DNA from: Selaginella moellendorffii
Lineage: Eukaryota; Plantae; Lycopodiophyta
DNA length: 64,000 bases
Assembly: GCF_000143415.4 (NCBI RefSeq)
Contig: NW_003314282.1
Coordinates: 1,879,374 to 1,943,373, forward strand
Reading direction: 5' to 3'
This document shows, piece by piece, positions 1 through 11,449 of this stretch; position 1 is the first letter of the stretch; each line of letters begins with the position of its first letter. The notes under the pieces were generated by a model. It was not told the DNA's origin and did not search any database. It was given only the letters and a program-made list of their open reading frames with translations. The position numbers and the translations under genes were made by a program.

Positions 1-65
1 GTCCTGCATAAGACCAAGTACATTAATTTCCAGTAGCTCAATTAATCCAAAAGGCACAGCTAAAC

Positions 66-218
66 ATAAATGCAAAACGAGGCAGAATTTCACAAGCTAG
101 AGATGTATTTAACAGGATGCGTTGCAGAGATAATATCAGTTGGATCACTTTTAGCTTTAAGCTTATGAGAAGCCCAGTTCTGGCACACCAGGAAGCTCTC
201 CAACCCTCAACTTTATAA
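66..218 (+). pseudogene. PPR gene remnant
   Basis: The frame from 66 reads INAKRGRISQARDVFNRMRCRDNISWIT...HQEALQ, matching the PLS PPR pattern G-x-I-x-x-AR-x-VF-x-x-M-x-x-RD-x-x-SW seen in the intact PPRs at 48-52 kb. There is no long ORF. Confidence 0.5.
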
Positions 219-423
219 AGATGACTAGCCAGATAGCTTTGTTAAGTGGGAGTAAAGCCCAACAAACATAACACATTTAAACAAAAAATGTTGACTTTTG
301 AACCATCACATCCCAATGGGAAGTAAAACATCTAGTGAGTGATGCTAAGAGTTTGAAAGCTAAAAGTGAATATAGATGAATATATGATGTAAAAACTTCT
401 TATAGAAATACAATTTATACAGC

Positions 424-975
424 AATGCAATTCCTTAACTTGTCTCTTTCTCTTTATTTTTTCTTTGCAGAAGTCTGGCTTTCTCTAATTCTAACATATC
501 ATTCTTCTTGAGAGTTACAGACGTAAAACAAGTTGGAAATCAAAGAATTTTGATGAGATCTTCAACTTGATCAAGGTTGCCAATTCTTCCTAGCAAATTC
601 AACATGCAAAAAAACTACTCCATGCAAGGGTGGGGACTTTAAGGGATTAGTATGATAAAGGAATGTTATACTATCAGTGCTCTGACAATAACGACGACTC
701 TGGCGAGCCCCCAGATCCATGCCTTAAAGTTTACTTGGCCAGTGTGATACCCTACAATAACAAGTAATGCAATTCTTCAACTGTCACCTTTTTTTTAGAA
801 TATCTTTGCAGAAGTCTAGCCTTCTACAATTCCAGCATGTCATTCGTCTCAAAAGCTACAGACATAAACCAAGTTGGACATCAAAGAAGATCCATTCTTT
901 TGCCATGGATAAGATCTCTTGATCGAGGTGGCCAATTCTTCTGATCCAGTATGTTAAAAAACTACTCCTCGCAAG
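424..975. repeat. Diverged ~210-bp direct repeat pair (~424-640 and ~767-975)
   Basis: Shared collinear blocks: aatgcaattc, tctttgcagaagtct, cagac-taaa-caagttgga, gccaattcttc, aaaaactactc, gcaaggg. Confidence 0.6.
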
Positions 976-1248
976 GGCAGAGCCCAAAATAGGACAAAAA
1001 GTAGCTTCAACCAAGATTAATGTGATTACACTCAATCAGTGTCTACTAAGAGACAGGAGTCCATATTTACTTTTGGAAAGAACTCTCCTTCTATGTTGTA
1101 TATGCTTTTTTATTGTTTTGTAGAAATATCTAGGTTGTGTTGTGCATGCTACGGTAATATAAGGGACATGTGGAGGGCTAGGGAGCAAGTTTGAATACCT
1201 AGCTTCATATCTAAGAAATCATAAATATAAATAACTTGAAAAAATATA

Positions 1249-2140
1249 CTATAGTTTTACACATAAAATATGATTATTTGTTTTTGTATCCCACCAAATA
1301 ATAGATTTTTCAAGATATGGTACATAAGATACTAAGTTACAATCATCTTGTAATTGAAGGTTGGTAAATAAAAAGCAATTAGGCGTTTCAAAGCAGTATT
1401 TATTAATAGACCAAATTACTTTTTTTTTTTTGAGTATATAATACAATATTACCATCTTTTTGAACTATTAAATAACATAGACCATAATAAGCTATAGTAT
1501 GTGATGAATTCCATAATAAATTTCTCTCAGAATACAAAGAAATCTGGCAATTTGATTCTAATAATAATACATTTTTTCCATTTGGAGATACTAAAAATTG
1601 ACCTGTATAGATTATGTTATTTTGAAATGCAGAATTTAAAGATGTTAAGATTTTATCACAATTATTACTTGAAGATAAAAATGAATTTGAATACATATCA
1701 TAAAATCTCCTAGCAATGAAAATAGAATATTGAATTTGATACTTACGAGCATTAATTATACACTTTGTAGAGCGTGCAATAATTATATCTTCTACATATA
1801 CTCTAAATAGATCCTTGAAATTTGTTCTTAAAATATTTCCATTTACTTCATTTGGAGATTCCATAATACAATTTGGGGGAGAATTATTTCTTCTTTTTAG
1901 TTCTATAATCATAACCCCTCTATTAAAGCTAAATTGTACTGACCTTTCATAATTTGCTGGATATTTAGCATATTTACCTGTTTTAATCTCTCTTGTAAGT
2001 AAATCAAAATTATTTATGATCATTCCAACCTCATTATCATTTAATGTATCATTAAGACCCCAACTAATTTCTGATGATGGTGCAGATTCAACAAAATAAA
2101 AACTAAAAAAATAAAAAGATAAGAATTTATATATTTTCAT
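1249..2140 (-). pseudogene. Secreted protein with C-terminal bulb-type (GNA-like) mannose-binding lectin domain, frameshifted in an A12 run
   Basis: Hydrophobic N-terminus (MKIYKFLSFYFFSFYFVES). B-lectin features: GQFLVSPNG, LLWNS, CYLIVQKDGNIVLY and, after the shift, VIWS and LQLQDDCNLVSY (QxDxNxVxY motifs). Removing one T from the T12 run at 1420-1431 joins ORF 1403-2140 to ORF 1249-1455. Confidence 0.75.
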
Positions 2141-4430
2141 GTTTTTCAGTTAAATAAACCAATGATTTTAAAAGATTTTTATAATGAAAATAAAATTAAA
2201 TATATATAAAATAAATTATTTTTTTTATAAATAATTAATAATTTTATCGACATTAAAATCATCATAATAGATATGACAATTTAAATTTCATTCCATACCT
2301 TTTTATGCTAATATTTGTAAACCATAAAACAGAAAATGTTAAGATACCAATCTCATTTCTAGAAGGGCTTTAGCCTTTTCTAAGAAAGGGTTGATTAAAA
2401 TTTAAGTATATTCTAATTCTATTTTAAAATTCAGTAGTACTAGCAAAAAATCCAGCTATACTGACCTAAATAAAATTAAATGTGTTTCAGGATGAATTTC
2501 CATCTTATAGATATATTTAATAAAAATTTATATAAATTAAAAGAAAGAGAATCCACATCTGCTGTATAGAAAATATTTATATCAGAAAAGATTACCTAAT
2601 TTCACTATAATTCAATGTGTAAAAAATAGTTCAATAATAATTATATAAAGCCAAAAAATTGTACTTGATATCACTTTACACTTTTATCAGTATTTTATTA
2701 ATTATAATAACTTTTTTGTTCTATTATGCAAGCTAAACAGTACTTAACTTTAGATTGATCAGTAAGAAGAAATATAATTTGACTTATGGGACAATTTATG
2801 TTATACAGTACTAAAAAACAATGAAATATTGATAATTTTGTACAATATCCAGGCCATGATATTTGTCAAACAGGTAACTTTTTAACACTCACACTCCACA
2901 TACTAGCCCCAATGTTTTCATTAACCAATGTCAATAGGAAAGAAGCTTTCTACTTTAGATGGAGTGCCACACATAGGATAGAAATTGCATCTAATTCAAG
3001 AAAATGAAACAAAAGTGTCCAATATAGATGAGGATGTCTATCCCTCACTTTGTAAACTTCTTGCTAAATATAACAAGTAAAAATGTAAATTCAAATTATA
3101 ATTTAGTGAAGTGTGTCTATAAAAGTCATTGCTAATTCTTATCAATGCTCTGAGCAAGAGTTGATTGTAACCTGGTAAACTCAATATTACTTTGTGCTAC
3201 CGGAGAGAATCCAAATACTAACCAAGACCTATGTTGCATCTTAAATGCATCAACTTAAATAAGTTAGTGGGTGTAAAAGTGTCATGGCATCCTTGCATTC
3301 TATTCAAGAGTATCACAGAGGGCAATCTTTGATTGAAGCCATTAATTCAATAGACATTTCATTTTGTGGCAAAAGCTAGGTTTCGAAGAGCCAGAGAGCT
3401 TGCTCCATCAACTTTTCCACAAAAAGAACTCTCACACACCACTTTAATATTCTAGATTTTCTAATTAGGCAAATGTTAAATAAGTAGAGCATTTAAGTAA
3501 GAAAAAAAATTGTGTTAATGAATTCTTCTAAATCACCTCCAAAGAGCTTTATGTTTTTCGAAAACATATACATATTTTGCATTTTGAGCATATGTGCTTC
3601 TGTCATGCTCCTTTTAAGTGCCACTCTAGAATTAATTAGGAGAAGCAAGTTTCTAATTCTGATTGTAACTGTGTGATACAAAAAGCTTATGTTGTTCCAA
3701 GGAAGAAGGTTAATGCAGTGGACAGCATCAACAACAATTTGGCATAGTGTGTGATCATGACCAACTCCCAATGCCATTTGTGGCACTCATCAGTTTACTA
3801 TGGGTTCCTATCGTCTTCACACTTGCAGTGCTCACCTTCCACTGCCCTAAAGTACATGGGAACTTAATCTACACTAAAGTGGGGTTGGAAGCTCAAAACA
3901 AGATATAGCTTAATTTAAGCAAGGATAAGCCTTTTATCTTTGATGATAATATAATCATGCCACTATACATATAGTACAAAAGTAAGATATATATACTTAT
4001 AAATGCAAATAAAAATACCTAAATTAAATAAACATAATTTAAATAATACTGAAAATAAAAATTCTTTTAAGAAAATCTAACATTTTTATATATGAAATAA
4101 TCTTGTGAAGGCCTTTATGAAGAGGCTAAAATTTGTGGTAGTACTATGATTATTTATAAATAGAGAGAGAATAGAACTTTCTTTACTTTTGTTTATTTAA
4201 TAATGAAAAATTAAAACTAGAAAAAGAGTTTAGATTTTTTTAATAATTTATTAAAAATTGAAATATCAAAAATTAAGATAGAAATAGCCCTTCAAATTAA
4301 AGTTAAATCCATGAGTGCTCAGGATATGGGAATAAATATATTAATTAGGGTTTAGACTCATGGACTAGATTCAATCCTAAATGAACCATCTATATAATAT
4401 AGTCATATAATTAGTGTATTACCTAGATAA

Positions 4431-4434
<4 letters not shown>

Positions 4435-4468
<34 letters not shown>
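4435..4468. repeat. (TA)17 microsatellite
   Basis: Read directly from the sequence. Confidence 0.95.
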
Positions 4469-4471
<3 letters not shown>

Positions 4472-5388
4472 CTTACACCATCCTCCCCTCTAGAAAATGA
4501 AAAGATGATGATTATAAGTTCTTAGGCTTTTGTTGAGCAATTATAAATTGTCATAAGAACTTGAAACTCCTATAGAACCATTAATATAATTGTTGATAAC
4601 CATGACTAAAATAAAACTTAAAGCCATAATATAAACATCAATCGATTAGAAAATTTTGATGAACTAACTATAACTCCATGTATAGCTGTCAAATGCTTAA
4701 CTAATTTTAAATTCATAATTTTGAACCAAAGTAAGGGACTTTGAGAGCTCATGTAGTTGATCATTATAGCAAATAATACATCCCATCTCTCAATCTTTGC
4801 TGGCCATTATTTAACTCAAACTTATAACCATTAGCAAAAGCTATCTTTATATCTTTTCTTTAATGAACTTTTGGTGTTAACTCGACTCACAACATTTGTT
4901 CTTGTTTAGCATTGTTTAGCATTGTTTAGCATACATAGGTTAGACTCACTCTATTTATCTTCTCTATCTTCTTTTATCCTTTCCTCGAAAAAAAAAGTGC
5001 TAAAGCACCAATTTCATTTGGACTTCTTGCACTCATCCTTAGTTAACTATTGATATTTAGTTTCACTCCATTATTGCATCCATTTGGCCTTACTACATTA
5101 AGGTTAGATGTTCTATTTGGATTTATTATATTTGTCCTCACTCCACAATTCATATCATTTATCTTCACTTTAGTATTGTATCCATTCATCCTCACTCCAT
5201 TATTAGGGCTGAACTCCCATTTATCCCCTCTACCCCTTTGAAAAAGAAAGAAAAAATTAAACTGTCAAGATAAAGAGGAAAAAGTGTGAAAAATTGAGGA
5301 AGAAACATTGTGAAAGAAAAAGAAGTGAATAAAGAAGTATTGGAAAAGAAATTTTCAATAGTTATCAAGATAGGAATAAGGAAATAAT

Positions 5389-5737
5389 TGTAAGATACAA
5401 ATCCCTAAGCCCTAAAGTGGAACTGAAAGTAAGCTATGTGGCAATGGCCGAAATGGAAGTCTAACAAGTGTAACATGTTTGGACCAAAAACTCTTACTTG
5501 AAAAGTTGAGAGTAGAAGTGAAACTCCTAAAGAAGTGCTCAAAAAATGAGTTTGAAATAATCAATGAATGAGTTTCTAGAAAAGGACACAAGAAGGGCCC
5601 ATACATGGCAAGTGTCATGACATGTGAAAGTATTGGGACCAAGTCCAAAACCAAGTCCGAGACCGAGACCAAACTAAGTCCGAGATTGAGTCTGAGGTCA
5701 AGTCTGAGATCAAATCCGAGATGGAGCCCAAGGCTAG
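5389..5737 (+). mobile_element. Old diverged LTR, left part (same family as 8285-10047)
   Basis: Starts tgtaagatacaaatccctaagccctaaagtgg, homologous to the LTR start tgtgagacacaaaacccttaggccccaaagtgg. It is interrupted at 5737 and resumes at 37913. Confidence 0.75.
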
Positions 5738-6793
5738 TGTAAGCGACTAAATTTTCAGCAATTTTTACCTGTCTGATGCTAGTTTGAGGCCTTTCTAGTT
5801 ATTACTCTACAAACATTGTTGTAGAGTTTGCCTTTCTTTTCGTGGCCATGTTCGCCAACACTACCACTGGATCAAGGCCCACAAGCCCGCCCACTAAGTC
5901 CCATGGTCCTCTGGGACTTCTTCCTCACACAACCGTATCCTTGGTCTCTACACTAGAGGACGGCTTCTCTTCCTTTTCACAGTCTGGGACTTTGGGGCAA
6001 CATTTCAGAACACCATGGCCTTACACGAGCATTGTGGGTACTCTCCCTGCCTTCCGCCTTTGGGTGCTCTAGCCATGGGCTTAGAGTGAGGTTCTGTTGA
6101 GCCACGCCAGGTATCCAAGTAGGTAGTGCCACCCACACTTGGATTGGGAGCATTGACTATTCGATCTCCTGGGGGAATTAGAGCTGGCTTTTGAACACTT
6201 CACCAAGCTAGCCTACTTGTCGGTCCGTATTCACTCTAGTTTTGGACTTCCCAGTGGTTATCCCATCACCCAAGACTTGGATGCAGCCTTCCTGGGCCAA
6301 ACTAGCCTTTCCTGGCCAAACTGGCTCTACTGAAGTCCTCCCCCTTACTATACTTTTGGAGCTCACCAAACCCCCCAGGGTCTGGGAGACAAACGCTTTG
6401 GGCTTTCACCCCCTTAGACTCGAACTCAAACTCGGACTTGGACTCGGACTCGGACTCGGTCTCGGGTCCATCTCGGACTCTATCTCGGGTCCATCTCAGA
6501 CTCCATCTCAGGTCCATCTCGGACTCCATCTCGGGTCCATCTCAGACTCCATCTCGGGTTCATCTTGGACTCCTCCACATGTCATGTGTTAATCCTTTTG
6601 TGTCCCCTTTTCTAGAGAGCTTGTTTCGTGCTTGTTCCTCAAGCATATCGTTGGGAGTTCCACTCCCGCTCTTGACCTTTCAAGTCGGAGCTTTTAGTTC
6701 AAACGTGTTACGTTTGTTTGGCTTTCGCTTCGGCCACTACCACGTGGCACCCTTTTGGCTCCACTTTGGGGCCTAGGGATTTTGTGTCTCACA
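5738..6793 (-). repeat. 3' LTR of the 5738-37912 element
   Basis: Reverse complement of the LTR family: tgtaagcgactaaatttt ... tttgtgtctcaca. Confidence 0.85.
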
Positions 6794-7260
6794 ACTCCAT
6801 CACCCATAGACGAAGTTCGATGTCCTCATTGAACGATGAACTATTTTATAAAGTAATACCAACATATATTACCCTTTCCATTCCTAGCACCTCGCCAATA
6901 TTCATCAATGGTTTAATACTGAAAGCTCACCTTGCCTTGCCCATCCTTTAAGGAGCATAGTCTCTCCAACTTAGAGACTAGTTGGACCACTTGTAGTGGT
7001 TCTCTCCTTTTATTGGTTTAATTCTTGCTAAACCTGTTAGAGACACCTTCTCTATCTCAATCCCATTACTCCTTCTCGAGTAGTTTTAGTTTGCATCGAT
7101 ATAACTTTTGCACTTTGGAACTTTTACTTTGGACTTCTCAAAGTCAATTTCCTAGGTGTTTCCAACAATTTGCATTGCACATATTGTGCCACTCTACTTC
7201 CCCATCTTACGAAGTTCTCTACTTGAGGGCACTATCATCCTCTCTTCTATTTAGTGCCAC

Positions 7261-10200
7261 CTTGGGCACTAAATTCCAGTTATTATAATTTGTGTTAGGG
7301 TTGTCTATGGCCCTATCATTTGGCTACCTTACCGCTCCCTCTTTTGGAATTTCCACTTTCGCCAAATCGGAGCAATTAGGAATCCATCCTTGGAAACACT
7401 TTGCTTTTCCCACAATTCGTTAGCCCCCAACATATTAAAGTTCTTGGCCTAACTTTGCTTTTTGGATTCTTTCCCATGGTTCCCATGGCTTTTTTCTTAG
7501 CCATTAATCTTTTGCTCCTATCCTTTGATACTTGCACCTAACAACATAGGATTGCTACCTCCATTCTCGAGGTATCCTTTCGGTTCCATAGCAAAAACTT
7601 TGTTTGCAAAGTCAAGAGAGTATGTCTCTTTAGCATTTTCTGCTGTGGGCTTTATTCATAGCCCAACTTAGTGACCCTCCCATGGGTCTCTTATAGAGAC
7701 TACTTTCCTCAGACTCACTATGCCATTGCATTGACACAACTTATTTTCTTATGTGCCCTTCCCACTTAGTCACCTTGACCAAGCCACACCATTATCAATA
7801 GTTCAAATCAACACTTTGAAATAGGAACCTTATTCCTTAACCAACCAAGGACTTTGTCCTTGCTTAGCCACAAGATCATTTCATGATCCCCCCTTGGCAT
7901 TTCAATAGATTGCTAAAAGGTACTTGGTTTTCTAGACCTTTGAGTTGTTGACCACGACCCTAAAGGCATCCCCCACACTTGGTGGTGTGCCCAAGCTAGC
8001 CCTTTCAGCTAAGGATCTATAGCAACTGAGACTGGGTGTCCCCATCTCATTCACCACATCCTTAGTGCCACTTGCACCAAAATGTTCAAGTTAGATATAC
8101 CGAGCTTTCACACTAAGCAATCTAATCGTGCATCACGACTCTGAGGCATCCCTCCCTTGGCGGTGTGCCCAAACCAGTCTCCTCATTGAGAGTCCATAAC
8201 CATCGAAAAATGAGTGTCCTCATATTCCAAACCATCATCACGCCTTAGTGATTTGGGACTCAAACCCAAGCACTAGAGGGTCGGTGTGAGACACAAAACC
8301 CTTAGGCCCCAAAGTGGAGCCGAAAGGGTGCCACGTGGTAGTGGCTGAAGCGAAAGCCAAACAAACGTAACACATTTGGACTGAAAGATTCGACCTAAAA
8401 GGTTGAGAGCGGGAGTGGAACTCCTAACAAAGTGCTCGAGGAACAAGCACGAAGCGAGCAATAAGCGAGGCTCCAAAAGAGGACCCAAAAGGACCAACAC
8501 ATGACACGTGGAATTGTCCGATATGAACCCGAGTTGGAGTCCGAGGTGGAGTCTAAGACGGAGTCCGAGATGGACCGAGATGGAGTCTGAGATGGAGTTC
8601 GAGATGGACCGAGATGGAGTCCAAGATGGAGTCCGAGAGGGATCCGAGATGGAGTCTAAGATGGACCGAGACGGAGTCCGAGATGGACCCGAGATGGAGT
8701 CCGAGATGGACCAAGACGGAGTCCGAGATGGAGTCTGAGATGGAGTCCGAGATGGAGTCTGAGATGGACCTAGACGGAGTCTGAGATGGAGTCCGAGATG
8801 GACCTGAGATGGAATCTGAGATGGAGTTCGAGAAGGACCCGAGATGGAGTCCGAGGTCGACCGAGATCGGGACTGAGACCGGGACCGAGACCGGGACCAA
8901 GACCGAGACCGAGACCGGGACCGAGACCGAGACTGAGACCGAGATCAGGACCGAGACCGAGACCGAGGCCAAGGCTGAGACTGAGACCGAGGCCGAGGCC
9001 GAGTCCGAGTCTGAGTCTGAGTCTGAGTCCAAGTCTGAGTTCGAGTCTAAGAGGGTGAAAGCCCAAAGCGTTCGTCTCCCAGACCCTAGGGGGTTTGGTG
9101 AGCTCCAAAAGTATAGTAAGGGGGAGGACTCCAATAGAGCCAATTTGGCTAGGAAAGGCCAGTTTGGCCTAGGAAGGCCAGACCCAGTATTGGGTAATGA
9201 TCTAACCATTGGGAAGTCCAAGATTAGAGTGAATATGGACCGACAAGCGGGGTAGCTTGGTGAAGTGTTCAAGAGCCAGCTCTAATTCCCCCGGGAGATC
9301 GACTGGCCGATGCTCCCAGTCCAAGTGTGGGTGGCACTACCCACTTGGATACTTGGCATGGCTCAACAGAACCTCGCTCGAAGCCCATGGCTAGAGCACA
9401 TAAAGGCGAAAGGTGGGGAGAGTACCCACGGGGCTCGTGTAGGGCCACGGTGTTCCGAAATGTTGTCCCAAAGTCCCAAACTGGGGAAACGAGGAGGAGC
9501 AGTCCTCTAGTGTAGTGACTAAGGATACGGTCACATGGTGAGGAAGTCTCAGAGGATAATGGGACTTAGTGGTTGGGCCTGCAGGCCTTGATCTAGTGGC
9601 AGTGTTAGCGAACATGGCCATGGACAGAAAAGGGACTTGGTAGGAACTAATAAAGGGATATTGGGGAAGGCTATTCCTCATGTTTGTGGGCATCCTAAGG
9701 ATGTTAAAGAGTGGATCTGGGAAGACCACTTGTGGACGGATGGCCCAGTCTTGGAGAGACGGGACTGTGATGCAAGTGGTATTGGACCACCAGTGCAGCA
9801 AAGGTGAATGGGTATGGCCTTAACATAACGGGCTGAACTATTAGTGGTACCTTTGGGTGTCGGTCATGGGACCAGACACGTGGAGCACTTAGACCAAGTG
9901 CAACGGTTGAGCGGCACAGATGCCATTCTTAGGGCTAGCAAGTCCCCAAGTCCGGAATAGGACTTATAAGGTTGTGAGTGAGACTCCTCCAAGTGGTTAG
10001 AGGTGTGGTTAAGTGACTAAGTAGAATGGAAAATTTAGTCGCTTACAATCGGGACTCAAACCCAACCTTCGTATATGCATCTACAGACGGCATCGTCTGA
10101 GATGCCTGGCATGACTCCCCATGCCAGTGCACTAACTTATACTTAAAGCGCACTATAGATCACAGCTTAGCAACTTAGTTCCTCCGCATTGCCAAGTCCT

Positions 10201-11449
10201 CTCGCCTAGCAAGTTTGTGATCATGCATGGACTTCTCTATGCTCGGCCCCATGGGCCACCCCTTTTGAAGTTAGCACCTTTGACTAGGGGATTTGTTCCC
10301 CTGACTTGCCAATCTCACTTAGCAAGTCATCCGGCCACCGTAACATGGTTTATGCATAAGCGTGAAAGTCCTTAACCATCGACTTTCATTCAAAACCTTC
10401 TCTTTGAACACTTGGGAACTACTTCCCCAACCTTGATAGCCTCGCCTCATAGCCAGCTTCAAGACCATGCTTCTGCTACGCTACTCTAATTTTGTGCGCT
10501 CTAGGAACCATTTACATTTGGCTTTCTAGGTACTTATCTACTTAGAATTGTCTTTAGGAACCTTCAAGGAACTCTGTTCCTTAGCTTGCTAAGGCTTCTC
10601 CTTTGCAAGCTCCCTACTCACCATATGGTTTAACATAGATAATTCCACATTTTAGACTCTCCATGGCATCGTGGTTGTTAATAAAAACATCCTTAAGCAC
10701 CCTCTTGATTCTCCACTCTCAACTTGCATAACTATCGCTGGTTATGCCCTTTGATTTCTATGGTTCAGTTCCATCCTAATACTATTTGCCTTTTGACCTT
10801 ATATGTTTCCTTTGGTTATTCTCCTTCAGACTAGGAGGATAGTTTTGCACCTTCTACCATGCCTTAGCAAGTATTTATAGGGATAAACCTACCCAATAGC
10901 TTAGGGAGTGGTTCCTCAATTTGGGCATGCTCACCTTATAATCCCACACACTGGGGATTAACATTGCTACTTATGGGCCTCTATATGCCCATCACTAGCT
11001 TTGCCAAAATCCCATTTTTGGCTTTGTCCAAATCAGGTAGACAGATTTCTCCCGTCTCCACAACCTTGGACGTTTGGATAGCACTTCCTATCCACAATTC
11101 GTTAGGGACTTAGTCCCTTGGGCCTTATCTAATGCTCTCGCGACACCAAACACCACTTCCTGGTGTTTTAGAGTGTTTGGGTGTCCCAATGATGGCCTTC
11201 TTTAGCAATGAGCATTCCCTTACGACATTGACTTACAATATCGCAACATAAGCAGTTTCTCCCTCATAAGGGTATATTTAATTTCCTTATTCTTATAAGA
11301 AGTCTTAGGTAGTTACCTTCTACCAATTTAACCAATTATTTTGCACCTTTTGCTTAGTTGCCTCATAATTGTCAAGTCCTACAACTCATTACTAGTGCTT
11401 CCACACCTCTATCATTATTTGGGTCACCACACTCTAACCGCATACCTTT
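7261..11449. repeat. Direct duplication copy 1 (~4.2 kb); copy 2 is 16498-19507 plus 33192-34464
   Basis: Collinear high-identity match from cttgggcactaa to ctctaaccgcat..cttt, including the solo LTR and its TSD. Confidence 0.92.
8285..10047 (+). mobile_element. Solo LTR (copy 1) with GAGATGGAGTCC/GAGACC minisatellite
   Basis: TGTGAGACAC...TTAGTCGCTTACA, flanked by GTCGG (8280-8284) and ATCGG (10048-10052). Confidence 0.9.

Noticed and set aside
3360-3790. Possible hAT transposase remnant on the minus strand (AVHCINLL)
   Set aside because: Only one short motif, with no TIR/TSD and no continuous frame.
8508-9272. ORFs such as MESEMD.., RPRPRP.. and SISDSIS.. (also at 6242-6776, 17510-18569 and 37348-38032)
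   Set aside because: They are translations of the LTR minisatellite, open in several frames on both strands.
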